This document shows positions 28,370 through 38,473 of a stretch of 64,000 nt of DNA, piece by piece. Origin of the DNA: Planctomycetota bacterium (GTDB lineage Bacteria; Planctomycetota; B15-G4). The stretch's first letter is position 1. Each line of letters starts with the position of its first letter. The notes beneath the pieces were generated by a model, which had not been told where the DNA came from, searched no databases, and worked only from the letters and a program-made list of their open reading frames with translations. A program made the position numbers and the translations under genes. The stretch lies in assembly GCA_038212275.1 (NCBI GenBank), contig JBBQUR010000003.1, positions 192,001 through 256,000 of the forward strand. The letters are read 5' to 3'.

Positions 28370-29563
28370 GTGCGGATCCTGCATCTCTTCGCCAATTGGA
28401 AGTGGACCGGTCCCGCCGAGCCCGCGCTGAACGTGGCGTGGAAGCAGGCCGCGGAGCACGAGGTGCTCTTCGTCAGCGGCAACTCGCCCGACGGGCAGCC
28501 GTCGCGCATCCTGCCGCATGTGCGCGACCGAGGCCTGGCCACGCGCGAGGGCTTCGTGCTCAGCAAGCACGCGCGGCTGCGCAGCAATCGCGCCGACATC
28601 GCGCGCTTGTCGGCGCTGCTTCAGGAGTTCCGGCCGGACATCGTGCACGCGCATCTCGACAACGACCATCGCATCGCGTCGCACGCGGTGAGTCGCACGA
28701 ACATCGGCCGCCTGGTGCGCACCGCCTATGACCCGGAAGGGCTGCCCTGCACGCTGCGCCTGCGCCAGGTGGCCCGCCGCAGGCTCGACGGAGTCATCGT
28801 CACCACGCGCAGCGGTTTCGATCGCACGCTCGCCGGCTATGGCGGCAGCGCGCGCAGCATCTCGGTGGACGGTCACCCGCGGCCGCTCGTACTCATCGAA
28901 GGCGGCATCGACCTGGAGCGCTTCGATCCCTCGCGCGTGGACCGCCCGGCGGCGCGCGCGAAGCTGGGACTGGGACCGGAGGACGTCGCGGTGGGCATCG
29001 TGGCGCGCGTGCAGGCGCACCGCCGTTTCGAGCTGCTCATCGAGGCCCACGCACGCGTCGTTGCCGAGTATCCGCAGTTGCGGCTCGTCGTCATCGGGCG
29101 CGGCACGCAGATCCGGCAGCTGCTGCTCGATCCGGTGGAACAGCGCGGGCTGGGGGGCAGCGTCCTGACGACGGGCTACCTGGCCGGCGAGGACTATCCG
29201 GCGGCTCTGTGCGCCCTCGACGCGTGCCTCTTCCTCGTGCCGGGAAGCGACGGCACCTGCCGCGCGCTGCGCGAGCAGACCGCGATGGGCCTGCCGGCTC
29301 TGGTCTCGCCCCGCCCGCCACTCCCCGACATGGTGGAGGAGGGCTGCTCGGGCTTCGTGGTGCAGGAGTCGGTCGAGGGACTTGCCGGCGGCTTGCGCCG
29401 GCTGGTTGCCGACAGTGAACTGCGCGCACGACTGCGGGCCGGCGCCATCGATGCAGCGCGCCGCCGCTTCGACCTGAAGCGCCAGGCCGCCGCCGTCACG
29501 GCCTTCTACGAGCAGGTGCTCGGCGAACGGGTTGCGCGGCCCGCTGACGGCGCGGCCCGCTGA
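28370..29563 (+). CDS. Glycosyltransferase family 4
   Basis: WTGPAE, PDIVHAH, GIDLERFDP, VARV and a GT-B C-terminal domain with AMGLP. Confidence 0.88.
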   Translation: MRILHLFANWKWTGPAEPALNVAWKQAAEHEVLFVSGNSPDGQPSRILPHVRDRGLATREGFVLSKHARLRSNRADIARLSALLQEFRPDIVHAHLDNDHRIASHAVSRTNIGRLVRTAYDPEGLPCTLRLRQVARRRLDGVIVTTRSGFDRTLAGYGGSARSISVDGHPRPLVLIEGGIDLERFDPSRVDRPAARAKLGLGPEDVAVGIVARVQAHRRFELLIEAHARVVAEYPQLRLVVIGRGTQIRQLLLDPVEQRGLGGSVLTTGYLAGEDYPAALCALDACLFLVPGSDGTCRALREQTAMGLPALVSPRPPLPDMVEEGCSGFVVQESVEGLAGGLRRLVADSELRARLRAGAIDAARRRFDLKRQAAAVTAFYEQVLGERVARPADGAAR

Positions 29564-29614
29564 CGGCGCGGCGCAGGATCGCGCGCGCCGGCAGGCCGGC
29601 GCCGGCACGCACGC

Positions 29615-30118
29615 TCAGCGCGTGAAGGTGTAGCCGCGCTCGACGAGCGCGACGGCGCGCGCCTCGATGCCTTCCGCCCGGCCGATCGGGCCCATCTTCT
29701 CGAAGGTCTTGCCCTTCACGTTGACCTGCCGCACCTCGATGTCGAGCGCGGCCGCAATGGACTCGCGCATCTGGGCGCGGAGCGGCGAGATCCTGGGCTC
29801 CTCCGCCATGATCACCGCGTCGATGCTGAGGATGCGCGTGCCGGCGATGCGCACGCGCCGGGCGACCTCGCGGGTCATGTCCACGCTGGAACGGCCGCGG
29901 TTGCGGTCGTCGGAGTCGGGAAAGAGCGTGCCGAGATCGGGCAGGTCCGCGGCCGAAAGCACGGCGTCCATGATGGCGTGCAGCAGCACGTCACCGTCGG
30001 AGTGCCCATCCATGCCCCGATCGAACGGGACGTGGATGCCGCCGAGCATGAGCGGGATGCCTGCCTTGAATCGGTGCACGTCGCAACTGGTCCCCACGGC
30101 GAGGTCCGAGATGGCCAT
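29615..30118 (-). CDS. ispF: 2-C-methyl-D-erythritol 2,4-cyclodiphosphate synthase
   Basis: DVHRF, GHSDGDVLLHAIMDA, DLGTLFPD and NVKGKTFE. Confidence 0.95.
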   Translation of the reverse strand: MAISDLAVGTSCDVHRFKAGIPLMLGGIHVPFDRGMDGHSDGDVLLHAIMDAVLSAADLPDLGTLFPDSDDRNRGRSSVDMTREVARRVRIAGTRILSIDAVIMAEEPRISPLRAQMRESIAAALDIEVRQVNVKGKTFEKMGPIGRAEGIEARAVALVERGYTFTR

Positions 30119-30828
30119 CAGTCACTCCTTTCGCTGAGCTGACCGAGCAAGGCCTGCGCCATGGCCAGGTCTTCCCCCGTCGTGATCTTGAAGTTGAGGC
30201 GCGATCCTTCCACGAATGCGACCTCCAGTCCAGCCGCTTCGAAGAGTGAGGCTTCATCCGTCACGTTGAGGGCGCGCGCTGCGGCGTCGGCGAGCAGCCG
30301 TTCGAGCACGGCGAAGGCGAAGGCCTGCGGCGTCTGCGCAGCCCAGAGGCGGTCGCGCGGAAGCGTCCGTTCGACGAGCGGAGCGTCGCCGCCAGGCCGT
30401 GCCTCCTTGATGGTGTCGGCGACGCGCACCGCGAGCAGTGCAGCTCCCGTGCGCTGCGCGCTCGCGATGAGGGCCTCGATCCTGTCGACGGGCACGAAGG
30501 GCCGGGCCGCGTCGTGAACGAGCACGAGACGCGTCGTGTGCGGCAGAGCGGCGAGGCCGGCGGCGACCGAGTCCTGTCGTCGCGCACCGCCATCCACCAG
30601 CGTGACGGGGCGTGGAAGCCGCGCGATGACCGCGGCAAGCGCCGCGCGATCGTCGCGGTGGCCCACGAGAATCACCGGATCCAGCTCAGGCAGCGCCAGC
30701 AGCGTCCGAAGGCAGTGTTCGACGAGCGGCCGCCCGGCCAACGGCACGAGGGCCTTGTGCCGGTCCGCGCCGAGTCGGTGGCCCGTGCCTCCGGCCACCA
30801 CGATGAGGGCCGCCCGCTCAGCCTTCAT
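30118..30828 (-). CDS. ispD: 2-C-methyl-D-erythritol 4-phosphate cytidylyltransferase
   Basis: AGGTGHRLG..K, GGARRQDSV, VHDAARP, AQTPQAF and NFKITT. Confidence 0.95.
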   Translation of the reverse strand: MKAERAALIVVAGGTGHRLGADRHKALVPLAGRPLVEHCLRTLLALPELDPVILVGHRDDRAALAAVIARLPRPVTLVDGGARRQDSVAAGLAALPHTTRLVLVHDAARPFVPVDRIEALIASAQRTGAALLAVRVADTIKEARPGGDAPLVERTLPRDRLWAAQTPQAFAFAVLERLLADAAARALNVTDEASLFEAAGLEVAFVEGSRLNFKITTGEDLAMAQALLGQLSERSD

Positions 30829-30876
30829 TCGCTGTTCCGCGCTGTTCCGCGCCGTGCCGTGCCGTAGCATGCGGGC

Positions 30877-31398
30877 ATGATCGTCCTCGGCATCGATCCC
30901 GGCAGCCGTCGCACGGGCTGGGGACTCATCGAGGAGCGCGGGACGGCGCTGGTGATGCGCGACATGGGGGTGATCCGTCCCGGCGATGGTCTGCCGCTGG
31001 AGAGGCGCCTCGCCGCGATCCACGGCGCCGTCGCGGAACTGCTCCGATCGTACGGGCCGGAGTGCGTCGGGATCGAGTGCGTGTTTCACGGCGTCAACAC
31101 GCGGTCTCTGGTCGTCCTCGGTCAGGCGCGCGGGGCCGTGATGGCTGCCGTGGGAGCGGCGAGCCGCACGCTCATCGAATTGTCGCCCGCCGAGATTAAG
31201 AAGGCGGTCACGGGCAACGGTCAGGCCACCAAGGAGCAGGTTGCGCACATGGTCGGGGTGCTGCTCGGCCCCGAGGTGCGCGAGAGAACGGCTGCGGCCC
31301 GCAAGGTCTCGGCGGCAGCGGACGCCACGGATGCGCTGGCCATCGCGATCGCCTCGTTGCACCGTCGCGCTGCACCACTCGGGCGCGCGAGAGAGTGA
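30877..31398 (+). CDS. ruvC: Holliday junction resolvase RuvC
   Basis: LGIDPGS..TGWG, IE, LGQARG, EIKKAVTGNGQATKEQV and DATDALAIA. Confidence 0.95.
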   Translation: MIVLGIDPGSRRTGWGLIEERGTALVMRDMGVIRPGDGLPLERRLAAIHGAVAELLRSYGPECVGIECVFHGVNTRSLVVLGQARGAVMAAVGAASRTLIELSPAEIKKAVTGNGQATKEQVAHMVGVLLGPEVRERTAAARKVSAAADATDALAIAIASLHRRAAPLGRARE

Positions 31399-32230
31399 AA
31401 ATCATTCAGCCGAGGATTCTTCGGGAAAAGGGGGAGGAGGTTTTATGCGCGGAATCCACGCAACCTCGGCTGAATGAATATTCACGACTTATCGACCGTG
31501 TTGATGGAAGAGCCAGCGTTCGGTTCGTCGGGCAGTTCGAATCCGAGGCCATCACTTCCCAGTCGACGGCGCCTAGACTAGCCGAAGCTGTGGTGTCTTG
31601 CACGACGGGGAGAAGAAAGCCTGCGCGTGCGAGCCAGGAATGTTTCCGGTTGCGGGGCGCGGCGAACTTGACGCCTCCGTAAAGGACTTCCGGCTCAGGC
31701 CTCCTTGAGCAGGAGGCCGGCTCCAAACAGTGATTCTGAGCCTGCCGAGGTGGTGATCCGGGTGTCCGAGGGGCCTGGCCGGGGCCAGTTGCCAGTCCTG
31801 CTGCCGGACCCGGCGCCCTCGTTTTCCGGCAGCGCCGCTGGCCTGCCGGGGGGAGGCCGTCAGGTCGCCATGACCAGTCTCCGCTTGCTGCGTCGTGGAC
31901 CGGAGTGCCGGCCTGGCGCCATCGGGCCAGCGGGCAGGGACGGGTGACCGGACGGCGCTGGACGCCAGTCCCTCCGCGTGACCTCGCCCGATGGCGCGGG
32001 GAGCCCGGACGCGCGGGTGGAGACTGGCGCCACGTCGCAGCCGCTCGGCGGCCTCGCGGCCACCACGGACGAGGGAGCGGCGTGCGCCCTGCGGCGCGCC
32101 ACGCGCAGGAACCCGCGCCCGCGCGGTCTCGCTGGACGCGGCGCAGACCCGGCCCGCTGCGGTGCGTCGGCCCGATGCTTCGCGCCGCGTGCAGCGCGTC
32201 GCGGGGACGCCGCGCCGGGGTGAAGCGGCC

Positions 32231-32260
32231 TTGCTCGTCGCGTTGCGGCGCTGCTATTCT
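32231..32260 (+). promoter_or_regulatory. Putative sigma70 promoter of tRNA-Met
   Basis: TTGCTC-N18-TATTCT with an extended -10 TG. Confidence 0.4.
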
Positions 32261-32283
32261 CCGCCCCCTCGCCGATCGGCGAC

Positions 32284-32360
32284 GGCGGAGTAGCTCAGTT
32301 GGTTAGAGCGACGGATCCATAATCCGTATGTCGGGGGTTCAAGTCCCTCCTCCGCTACCA
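32284..32360 (+). tRNA. tRNA-Met(CAT), elongator type
   Basis: GGCGGAGTAGCTCAGTTGGTTAGAGCGACGGATCCATAATCCGTATGTCGGGGGTTCAAGTCCCTCCTCCGCTACCA; the G1-C72 pair argues against an initiator. Confidence 0.92.
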
Positions 32361-32374
32361 CGCCGTCGCGCCGG

Positions 32375-34804
32375 TCAGCGCAGGACGGCCTTCCACCAGT
32401 CGGCCAGGCGCTGCTCGACTCCGGGCACGACGCCGAACATGCGCGTGCCGTGGATGGAGGTCTGGTCGAGCAGCACGAGGTCCGAGGCCGTCCACGGGTC
32501 GCGCGCGCGCAACGCTGCGTCCAGCACGCTCGCTCCGCCGCCGGCTTCCTCGCGGCTGCTGACCATGAGCAGCGGACGGCTGTCCCAGCGGCTGATGTCC
32601 TGCAGGCTGTCGACGCCCAGGTAGTCGGTCCCGGGCGTGAGCGTGGCCACCGCAGCGAGCTGGGCATCGTTCACGGCAGCGCGCAGGGCCACGGAGCAAC
32701 CCACGCTGGCTCCCATGAGGCCGATGCGTTCACGCGGGTAGCCGCGCAGCTCCAGCCAGGCCACCGCCGCCGCGACGTCCTGATCCATGGCGTTGAAGAG
32801 CGCGGGATCGCGCGCCGCCACGCGAGGCGCCAGCAGCCCTTCGGCATCCACGCTCTCGCCGTGGCCGCGCAGGTCGAGCGCGAGCGTGGCGATGCCGGCG
32901 CGATACAGCGGCTCACGCATCGTGTTCCATGCGCCGCGCTCGCTGCCGTACATGTGGAGCAGCACGAGGGCTGAGCCGTCCGCCGGCGCGCCGCTGGCGC
33001 CCATGAACCAGTCACCGTGCAGCAGCAGACCGTCGGCCGTGTGCAGGGTGGCGGGCTCGGGCGATCGATCGAGGTCTCCCGGGTCCCACGCGAAGAGAGC
33101 CGAGCGGGCCTCATCGCCATGCTTCCATGCGACCAGCTTGTGCGGCTCTCCCGTCGAGAGCTGCTCCGAGAGCGCGCCCGGCGTGATGGGGGAGCCGTTC
33201 ACGGAGACGAGCGTGTCGCCGCGCTCGATTCCGTGTGCGGCGGCCTGCGCTCCCGGCACGACCTCGCGCACGGTCACGCCGTCCCCGGCAATGAAGACGC
33301 CGAGCTGCCTGCGCTGCACGACCATGTGCGTGCGGTTCAGCAGGTCGGGCAGGTCCGCGAGGCCGAGCGCGGCGAGCGCGATGACGATGGACGAGTGGGC
33401 CTCGTAGTCGGCGCGCGCCGCGTCGAAGGTGTCGAACTGCGTGTGGTGCGTGTGGTTGTAGTCGGCATCGCCGGCCTGGTCCCAGAAGAAGCCGGGCACG
33501 CCGGCTTCAGTGAACGAGGAGTGATCGCTCGCGCCGCCGACTTCCAGTCCGTCCACGTCGTGCAGGTCGAAGCGGAAGTCCTGGCCGGCGGTGGCGACGA
33601 ACGCCGCCACGGGTGCAAGGGCCGTCTCCATCTGCGGGCGCATGCGCGGCGTGATGCCGAGGCCCGAGAGGTAGTTCGTCCCGCCATCGTGAACGAGCAC
33701 GGCAGAAATGGCGGGCAGGGCCTCGGGGTGCGCCGTGACCCACGCCTCCGAACCGAGCAGGCCCTGCTCCTCGCCGCTCCACAGCATGAAGCGGATCGTG
33801 CGTCGCGGCTGCGCGCCGGCGGCCGCGAGCAGGCGCGCCGCTTCCATCGCCGTGGCGACGCCCGTTCCGTTGTCGGTGGTGCCGGTGGCGCCGTCCCAGG
33901 AGTCCAGGTGGCCGCCGACGATCACGTATTCGTCGGGCAGCTCGCTGCCGCGCAGATCCGCGATGACGTTGTTCTGCACGATCGGACCGACGACCGTCCG
34001 GTTGTCGATGTCGAACTGCAGCTCCAGCTGTTCACCGGCCTTCACGCGCTCGACCAGCGGCTGGTACTGGCTGCGCAGGACGGCAATGCGCGGCAGCTTC
34101 GGCATCACCTCGAGAGACTCCGCCATGCGGCCGCTCATCACGAGCAGGTCGCCGTCCGAGCCGGCCTGCAGGAAGCCTGCGAGCGACAGTTCGGCGGCGC
34201 GGTTCTCGAGCGCGGTGCGCACGGCGCGCGTCGCGCCGGTCGATCCCTCGAACAGGACCCAGCAGCCGCGCAGCGCGTCGGTGCTTGCCTCGATCTCGGA
34301 CTCCTTCTGCGGGGCCAGAATGGCGGGGGCGCGGCGCGGGCCGTTCGTGCCCGGCGTCCACGCATAGCTGAGAAACGTCAGCGGTTCGGCCACCCAGTCG
34401 CCGCCTTCGGGAGGGCGCACGAAGGCCACGCCGCTGGAGGAACCTCGATCGAAGCCCACGGCGACCTCGCCCCACGGTTCGAGGTGCGCCTCCAGTCCGA
34501 ACGAGCGGAACTGCTCCACGGACCACTCCTCGGCCTGTTGAAGTCTCTTCGAGCCGGTGAGTCGCGGGCCGATGCCGTTCACCAGCCCGTCGAGATGCGC
34601 CATGACGTGGTTGTCCGTGCGCCCGAGTTGCACGATGCGTGCGGCCGCCTCGGCGTTGCGGTCCTCGCCGGCGGTCGATCGTCCGACGGCCTGTGCCTGC
34701 GCCTGCGCCTGTGCCTGTGCCTGCGGAGCCACCGCGGCGGCCTGCCCTCCGGGCAGCTGAAATGAACACAGAGCGGCGGCCAGCAGCAGGAGCAGGGCAT
34801 GCAT
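32375..34804 (-). CDS. M28 peptidase (carboxypeptidase Q-like) + PDZ + alpha/beta hydrolase
   Basis: IGPRLTGS, GGHLDSWD, DNGTG, SGEEQGLLGS, SDH and HHTQFD; a PDZ-like GIERGDTLVSVNG; then DLRGHGES, GASVG and HGT. Confidence 0.85.
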   Translation of the reverse strand: MHALLLLLAAALCSFQLPGGQAAAVAPQAQAQAQAQAQAVGRSTAGEDRNAEAAARIVQLGRTDNHVMAHLDGLVNGIGPRLTGSKRLQQAEEWSVEQFRSFGLEAHLEPWGEVAVGFDRGSSSGVAFVRPPEGGDWVAEPLTFLSYAWTPGTNGPRRAPAILAPQKESEIEASTDALRGCWVLFEGSTGATRAVRTALENRAAELSLAGFLQAGSDGDLLVMSGRMAESLEVMPKLPRIAVLRSQYQPLVERVKAGEQLELQFDIDNRTVVGPIVQNNVIADLRGSELPDEYVIVGGHLDSWDGATGTTDNGTGVATAMEAARLLAAAGAQPRRTIRFMLWSGEEQGLLGSEAWVTAHPEALPAISAVLVHDGGTNYLSGLGITPRMRPQMETALAPVAAFVATAGQDFRFDLHDVDGLEVGGASDHSSFTEAGVPGFFWDQAGDADYNHTHHTQFDTFDAARADYEAHSSIVIALAALGLADLPDLLNRTHMVVQRRQLGVFIAGDGVTVREVVPGAQAAAHGIERGDTLVSVNGSPITPGALSEQLSTGEPHKLVAWKHGDEARSALFAWDPGDLDRSPEPATLHTADGLLLHGDWFMGASGAPADGSALVLLHMYGSERGAWNTMREPLYRAGIATLALDLRGHGESVDAEGLLAPRVAARDPALFNAMDQDVAAAVAWLELRGYPRERIGLMGASVGCSVALRAAVNDAQLAAVATLTPGTDYLGVDSLQDISRWDSRPLLMVSSREEAGGGASVLDAALRARDPWTASDLVLLDQTSIHGTRMFGVVPGVEQRLADWWKAVLR

Positions 34805-34942
34805 GAGTCTTTCTCGCGACCTGGGGAGCGGCGCGTCCCGCGGCAGAGCTTGCCGACGCGCACTCCCATCGTGCGCCACGTCATCACTCCACGCCAGCGG
34901 CAGGTCATGCCGCGCGCGTGACGGAGCGCGGGGAGTCGCCGC

Positions 34943-37900
34943 TCAGCTGCCGACGCTCCGCGCCGCACGGCGCAGCCGTCGCTCCATGACTGCGCAGTAG
35001 AGGCACGGCGCGATGAACAGCGTGATGAGCTGCACCGCCATGCCACCGACGGAGGGGATGGCCATGGGCCGCATCACGTCGCTGCCGCGACCATCCACGA
35101 GAAACACGGGAATCAGGCCGATGACCGTCGTCGCCGTGGTCATGAGGCACGGCCGGATGCGCCGCAGCCCGGCCTGCACCACGAGGTCGCGCACCTGTTC
35201 CACGCTGGCCGGCGCGCGGCCCTCCGTGCGAGCCTCGCCAAAGGCCTGCTCCTGGTAGGTGAGCATCACGACGGCGTCGTCGTCGGCCACTCCCATGAGC
35301 GCGATCATGCCGACCCACACGGCCACCGACAGGTTCACGCCCGCGAGCCACAGAGCCAGGAAGCCGCCCGTCATCGAGACGGTGATGCCGAGGAACACGA
35401 TGGCCGCGAGCCACCAGGCCCCGAGGCCCATGTACAGCATGAGCAGCATGACGCCGAGCACGGTGGGGACGAGCACCACGAGCCGCGCCGTGGCGCGTAC
35501 CTGCGCCTCGAACTGTCCGCCCCACACGGTGAAGTAGCCGGTCGGCAGCCGCACGCGCCCGTCCGCGACGGCGGCGCGCAGGGCGCGGTCCGCGTCCTCG
35601 ACGACCGAGATCTCGTCGCGGTCGCGCGTGTTCAGCGTGACGTACCCGACCTTCGCCGTGTTCTCGCTCTTGATCTCCTGCGGGCCGACCTCGTAGTGCA
35701 GGGTCGCCACCGTCGAGAGCGGCACCTGCGCGCCGGACGCGGTGGGAATGAGCACTCGCTGCAGTGCCTCGAGCGTGTCGCGCAGTTCGCGCGCGTAGCG
35801 GACCCGCACCGGGAAGCGCGCCGTACCCTCGACCGTCGTCGTCGTGCGCTCGCCGCCGATGGCGATCTCGATCACGTCGTTGACATCCTCGATGGTCACG
35901 CCGTAGCGCGCGGCCGCTTCGCGGTCGATCACGAACTCGAGGTACGGCTTGCCGACGATGCGGTCGGCGACGACGTCCACCGCGCCGGGCACGTCGCGCA
36001 GCACGCGCTCGATCTCCAGTCCGATGCGCTCGATCTCGGCTTGATCCGGCCCGAAGATCTTCACGCCCATCATGGCGCGGAAACCGGACGACAGCATGAC
36101 CAGCCGCGTCTGGATGGGCTGCAACCACGTGGGCAGCACGCCCGGCATCGCGGAGGCCTGCTGCAGTTCCAGCAGGAGTTCGGACTTCGCGATGGCGCGG
36201 CTGTCGGGCCACACGGCGCGGAACGGCGGCTGCAACCACCCGGGCCATCCCGACCAGAAGCGCTCCTCGTGCACGCGCCGCCATTGCGACGGCGGCTTCA
36301 GCGTGACGATGGTCTCGATCATGCCGATCGGCGCGGGGTCGAGCGCCGACTCGCTGCGGCCCGCCTTGCCGACGACGTCCAGCACCTCGGGAACCTGCGC
36401 GAGTCGCGCGTTCTGCACCGCGAGCACTTCCATCACCTGGTCCAGCGACGCGGCGGGAAGCAGCGACGGCATCGAGAGAAAGCTGCCCTCGTCGAGCGGC
36501 GGCATGAACTCGCGCCCCAGGCCCGGAAAGGCATGCGCCGCTGCGACCCACGGGCGCGTGAGCCCCGGGTCGAGGCCGATGGCCGACAGCCCCGCGCGCA
36601 CGGGCGCGAGCATCGTCGCGAAGCCGAGCCAGATCACGAAGCCGAAGATCACGAGCAGCGCAGGCAGCACCATGAACGTCCGCTTGTGGGCGAGCACCCA
36701 GCGCAGCGATGGTTCGTAGGTGCGGTTGATCGCTCGGCTGACGACGTTGGCCTCCATCGGCAGGAGCTTCTCGCCGGTGATGCGCCAGACGGCGGCGCCG
36801 ACGATGATGCCGGCGGCCACGGAGGTCGGCCAGCCGAGCGGGCCGTCGGTGAAGCCGAGGCATCCGGCAAGCAGTCGCGTCGCGAACACGGCCGCGATGC
36901 CTGCGAGCAGCGTGGCGCGCCGGCGCGTCCTGGGCGTCACCGACACGTCGCGCAGCGTGACGAGCGCCAGCGCCGGCACGACGGTGAGCGCGAGCACGAC
37001 CGAGCCCGCGATCGCGAAGGTCTTCGCATAGGCCAGCGGCTGGAAGAGTTTGCCTTCCTGGTCCTGCAGGAAGAACACGGGCACGAAGGAAATCACCGTG
37101 TTGCTGACGGCGGTGAGGATCGCGGGCCCGACCTCGTGCGCGGCCTCTTCGACGACCCGCAGGTAGCCCTCGCGCGTGGCGGTCTCGTCGCGCCGCTGCG
37201 CGAGGTGACGGTAGATGTTCTCCGTCATGATGATGCCCATGTCCGCCACGTCGCCGATGGCGATGGCGAGGCCCGCGATGGACATGATGTTGGAGCCCAC
37301 GCCGAGTCGCTCCATCGCGATGTAGGCGATGGCCACCGACAGGGGCAGCGTGGAGAGGATCGAGATCGACGCGCGCAGGTGCAGCAGGAAGAGCAGCACG
37401 ACCGCGCCGGCGAAGAGCAATTCCTCGGTGATGGCCTCGCCGAGCGTGTCCATCGTCTCGTCGATGATGACGCTGCGGTCGTAGTAGGGGGCGATCCGCA
37501 TGCGCGAGGTGCTCCCGTCCGGCAGCACCCTGGTCGGCAGCCCGGGTTCCAGTTGCGCGATGCGCGCCCGGACGGCGTCGATGACCTCGCGCGGGTTGGC
37601 GCCGAAGCGGCACAGCACGATGCCGCCCACGGCCTCGACGCCCGCCTTGTTCAGCACGCCGCGCCGGAACTCCGGCCCCAGCGAGACGCGCGCGACGTTG
37701 CGCACGTAGAGCGGCGTGCCGCCCTCCTGGCGCACGACGATGTCCTCCAGGTCGCGCACGGACTTCACGAAGCCCACGCCGCGCACGAGGAATTCCGCGC
37801 CGTTCTTCTCCACGACCTGCGCGCCGACGTCGAGATTGCTGCGCCGCACGGCCTCGAAGACATCGGGCAGCGTCACGCGCTGGGCGCGCATCCTGTCCGG

Positions 37901-38473
37901 ATCCACGTCGATCTGATATTCGCGCACGTGGCCGCCGACGGAGGCCACTTCCGACACGCCGGGCACGGCCTGCAGCTGCAGCCGCACGAACCAGTCCTGC
38001 GCGGCACGCAGTTCCTGCAGCGAGAAACCCTCGCCCTCCAGCGTGTACCAGAAGACCTGACCGAGCGCGGTGGCGTCGGGGCCCAGCACCGGCGTGACGC
38101 CCTCGGGCAGCCGCTGCTGCGCGGACGAGAGCCGCTCCAGCACGCGCGTGCGCGCCCAGTAGTAATCCGCCGAATCCTCGAAGATCACGAAGACCATCGA
38201 GAAGCCGAAGCCCGACATGCCGCGGATGGTCTTCACCTGCGGCGTGCCCTGCAGCGCGGCAGTGAGCGGATACGTGATCTGGTCCTCGACGTCCTGCGGC
38301 GAGCGCCCGGCCCAGTCGGCGAAGACGATGACCTGCTTCTCGCCGATGTCGGGAATCGCGTCGACGGGCACCTCGTGCAGCGCCCAGACGCCCCAGATCC
38401 CGGTGCCGATCGCGAGCAGGCAGACCAGCAGCGGGTTGCGCAGGCTGAAGGAGATGAGCCAGCGCGCGATCAT
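34943..38473 (-). CDS. cusA: CusA-type heavy-metal RND permease
   Basis: VDAIPDIGE, GPDATALGQV and EGKLFQPLAY; the Cu(I)/Ag(I) Met triad positions are present (LSMPS, PIGMIET, LVMLSSG). Confidence 0.92.
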   Translation of the reverse strand: MIARWLISFSLRNPLLVCLLAIGTGIWGVWALHEVPVDAIPDIGEKQVIVFADWAGRSPQDVEDQITYPLTAALQGTPQVKTIRGMSGFGFSMVFVIFEDSADYYWARTRVLERLSSAQQRLPEGVTPVLGPDATALGQVFWYTLEGEGFSLQELRAAQDWFVRLQLQAVPGVSEVASVGGHVREYQIDVDPDRMRAQRVTLPDVFEAVRRSNLDVGAQVVEKNGAEFLVRGVGFVKSVRDLEDIVVRQEGGTPLYVRNVARVSLGPEFRRGVLNKAGVEAVGGIVLCRFGANPREVIDAVRARIAQLEPGLPTRVLPDGSTSRMRIAPYYDRSVIIDETMDTLGEAITEELLFAGAVVLLFLLHLRASISILSTLPLSVAIAYIAMERLGVGSNIMSIAGLAIAIGDVADMGIIMTENIYRHLAQRRDETATREGYLRVVEEAAHEVGPAILTAVSNTVISFVPVFFLQDQEGKLFQPLAYAKTFAIAGSVVLALTVVPALALVTLRDVSVTPRTRRRATLLAGIAAVFATRLLAGCLGFTDGPLGWPTSVAAGIIVGAAVWRITGEKLLPMEANVVSRAINRTYEPSLRWVLAHKRTFMVLPALLVIFGFVIWLGFATMLAPVRAGLSAIGLDPGLTRPWVAAAHAFPGLGREFMPPLDEGSFLSMPSLLPAASLDQVMEVLAVQNARLAQVPEVLDVVGKAGRSESALDPAPIGMIETIVTLKPPSQWRRVHEERFWSGWPGWLQPPFRAVWPDSRAIAKSELLLELQQASAMPGVLPTWLQPIQTRLVMLSSGFRAMMGVKIFGPDQAEIERIGLEIERVLRDVPGAVDVVADRIVGKPYLEFVIDREAAARYGVTIEDVNDVIEIAIGGERTTTTVEGTARFPVRVRYARELRDTLEALQRVLIPTASGAQVPLSTVATLHYEVGPQEIKSENTAKVGYVTLNTRDRDEISVVEDADRALRAAVADGRVRLPTGYFTVWGGQFEAQVRATARLVVLVPTVLGVMLLMLYMGLGAWWLAAIVFLGITVSMTGGFLALWLAGVNLSVAVWVGMIALMGVADDDAVVMLTYQEQAFGEARTEGRAPASVEQVRDLVVQAGLRRIRPCLMTTATTVIGLIPVFLVDGRGSDVMRPMAIPSVGGMAVQLITLFIAPCLYCAVMERRLRRAARSVGS

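Noticed and set aside
31395..31682. 95-aa ORF overlapping the ruvC stop
   Set aside because: Non-coding-like codon usage and no similarity to RuvA; treated as intergenic.
32284..32360. Reading the tRNA as Trp(CCA), initiator Met or Ile2
   Set aside because: The stem register centres CAT. G1-C72 and the lack of three G-C anticodon-stem pairs exclude an initiator. The body resembles elongator Met, though Ile2 is not formally excluded.
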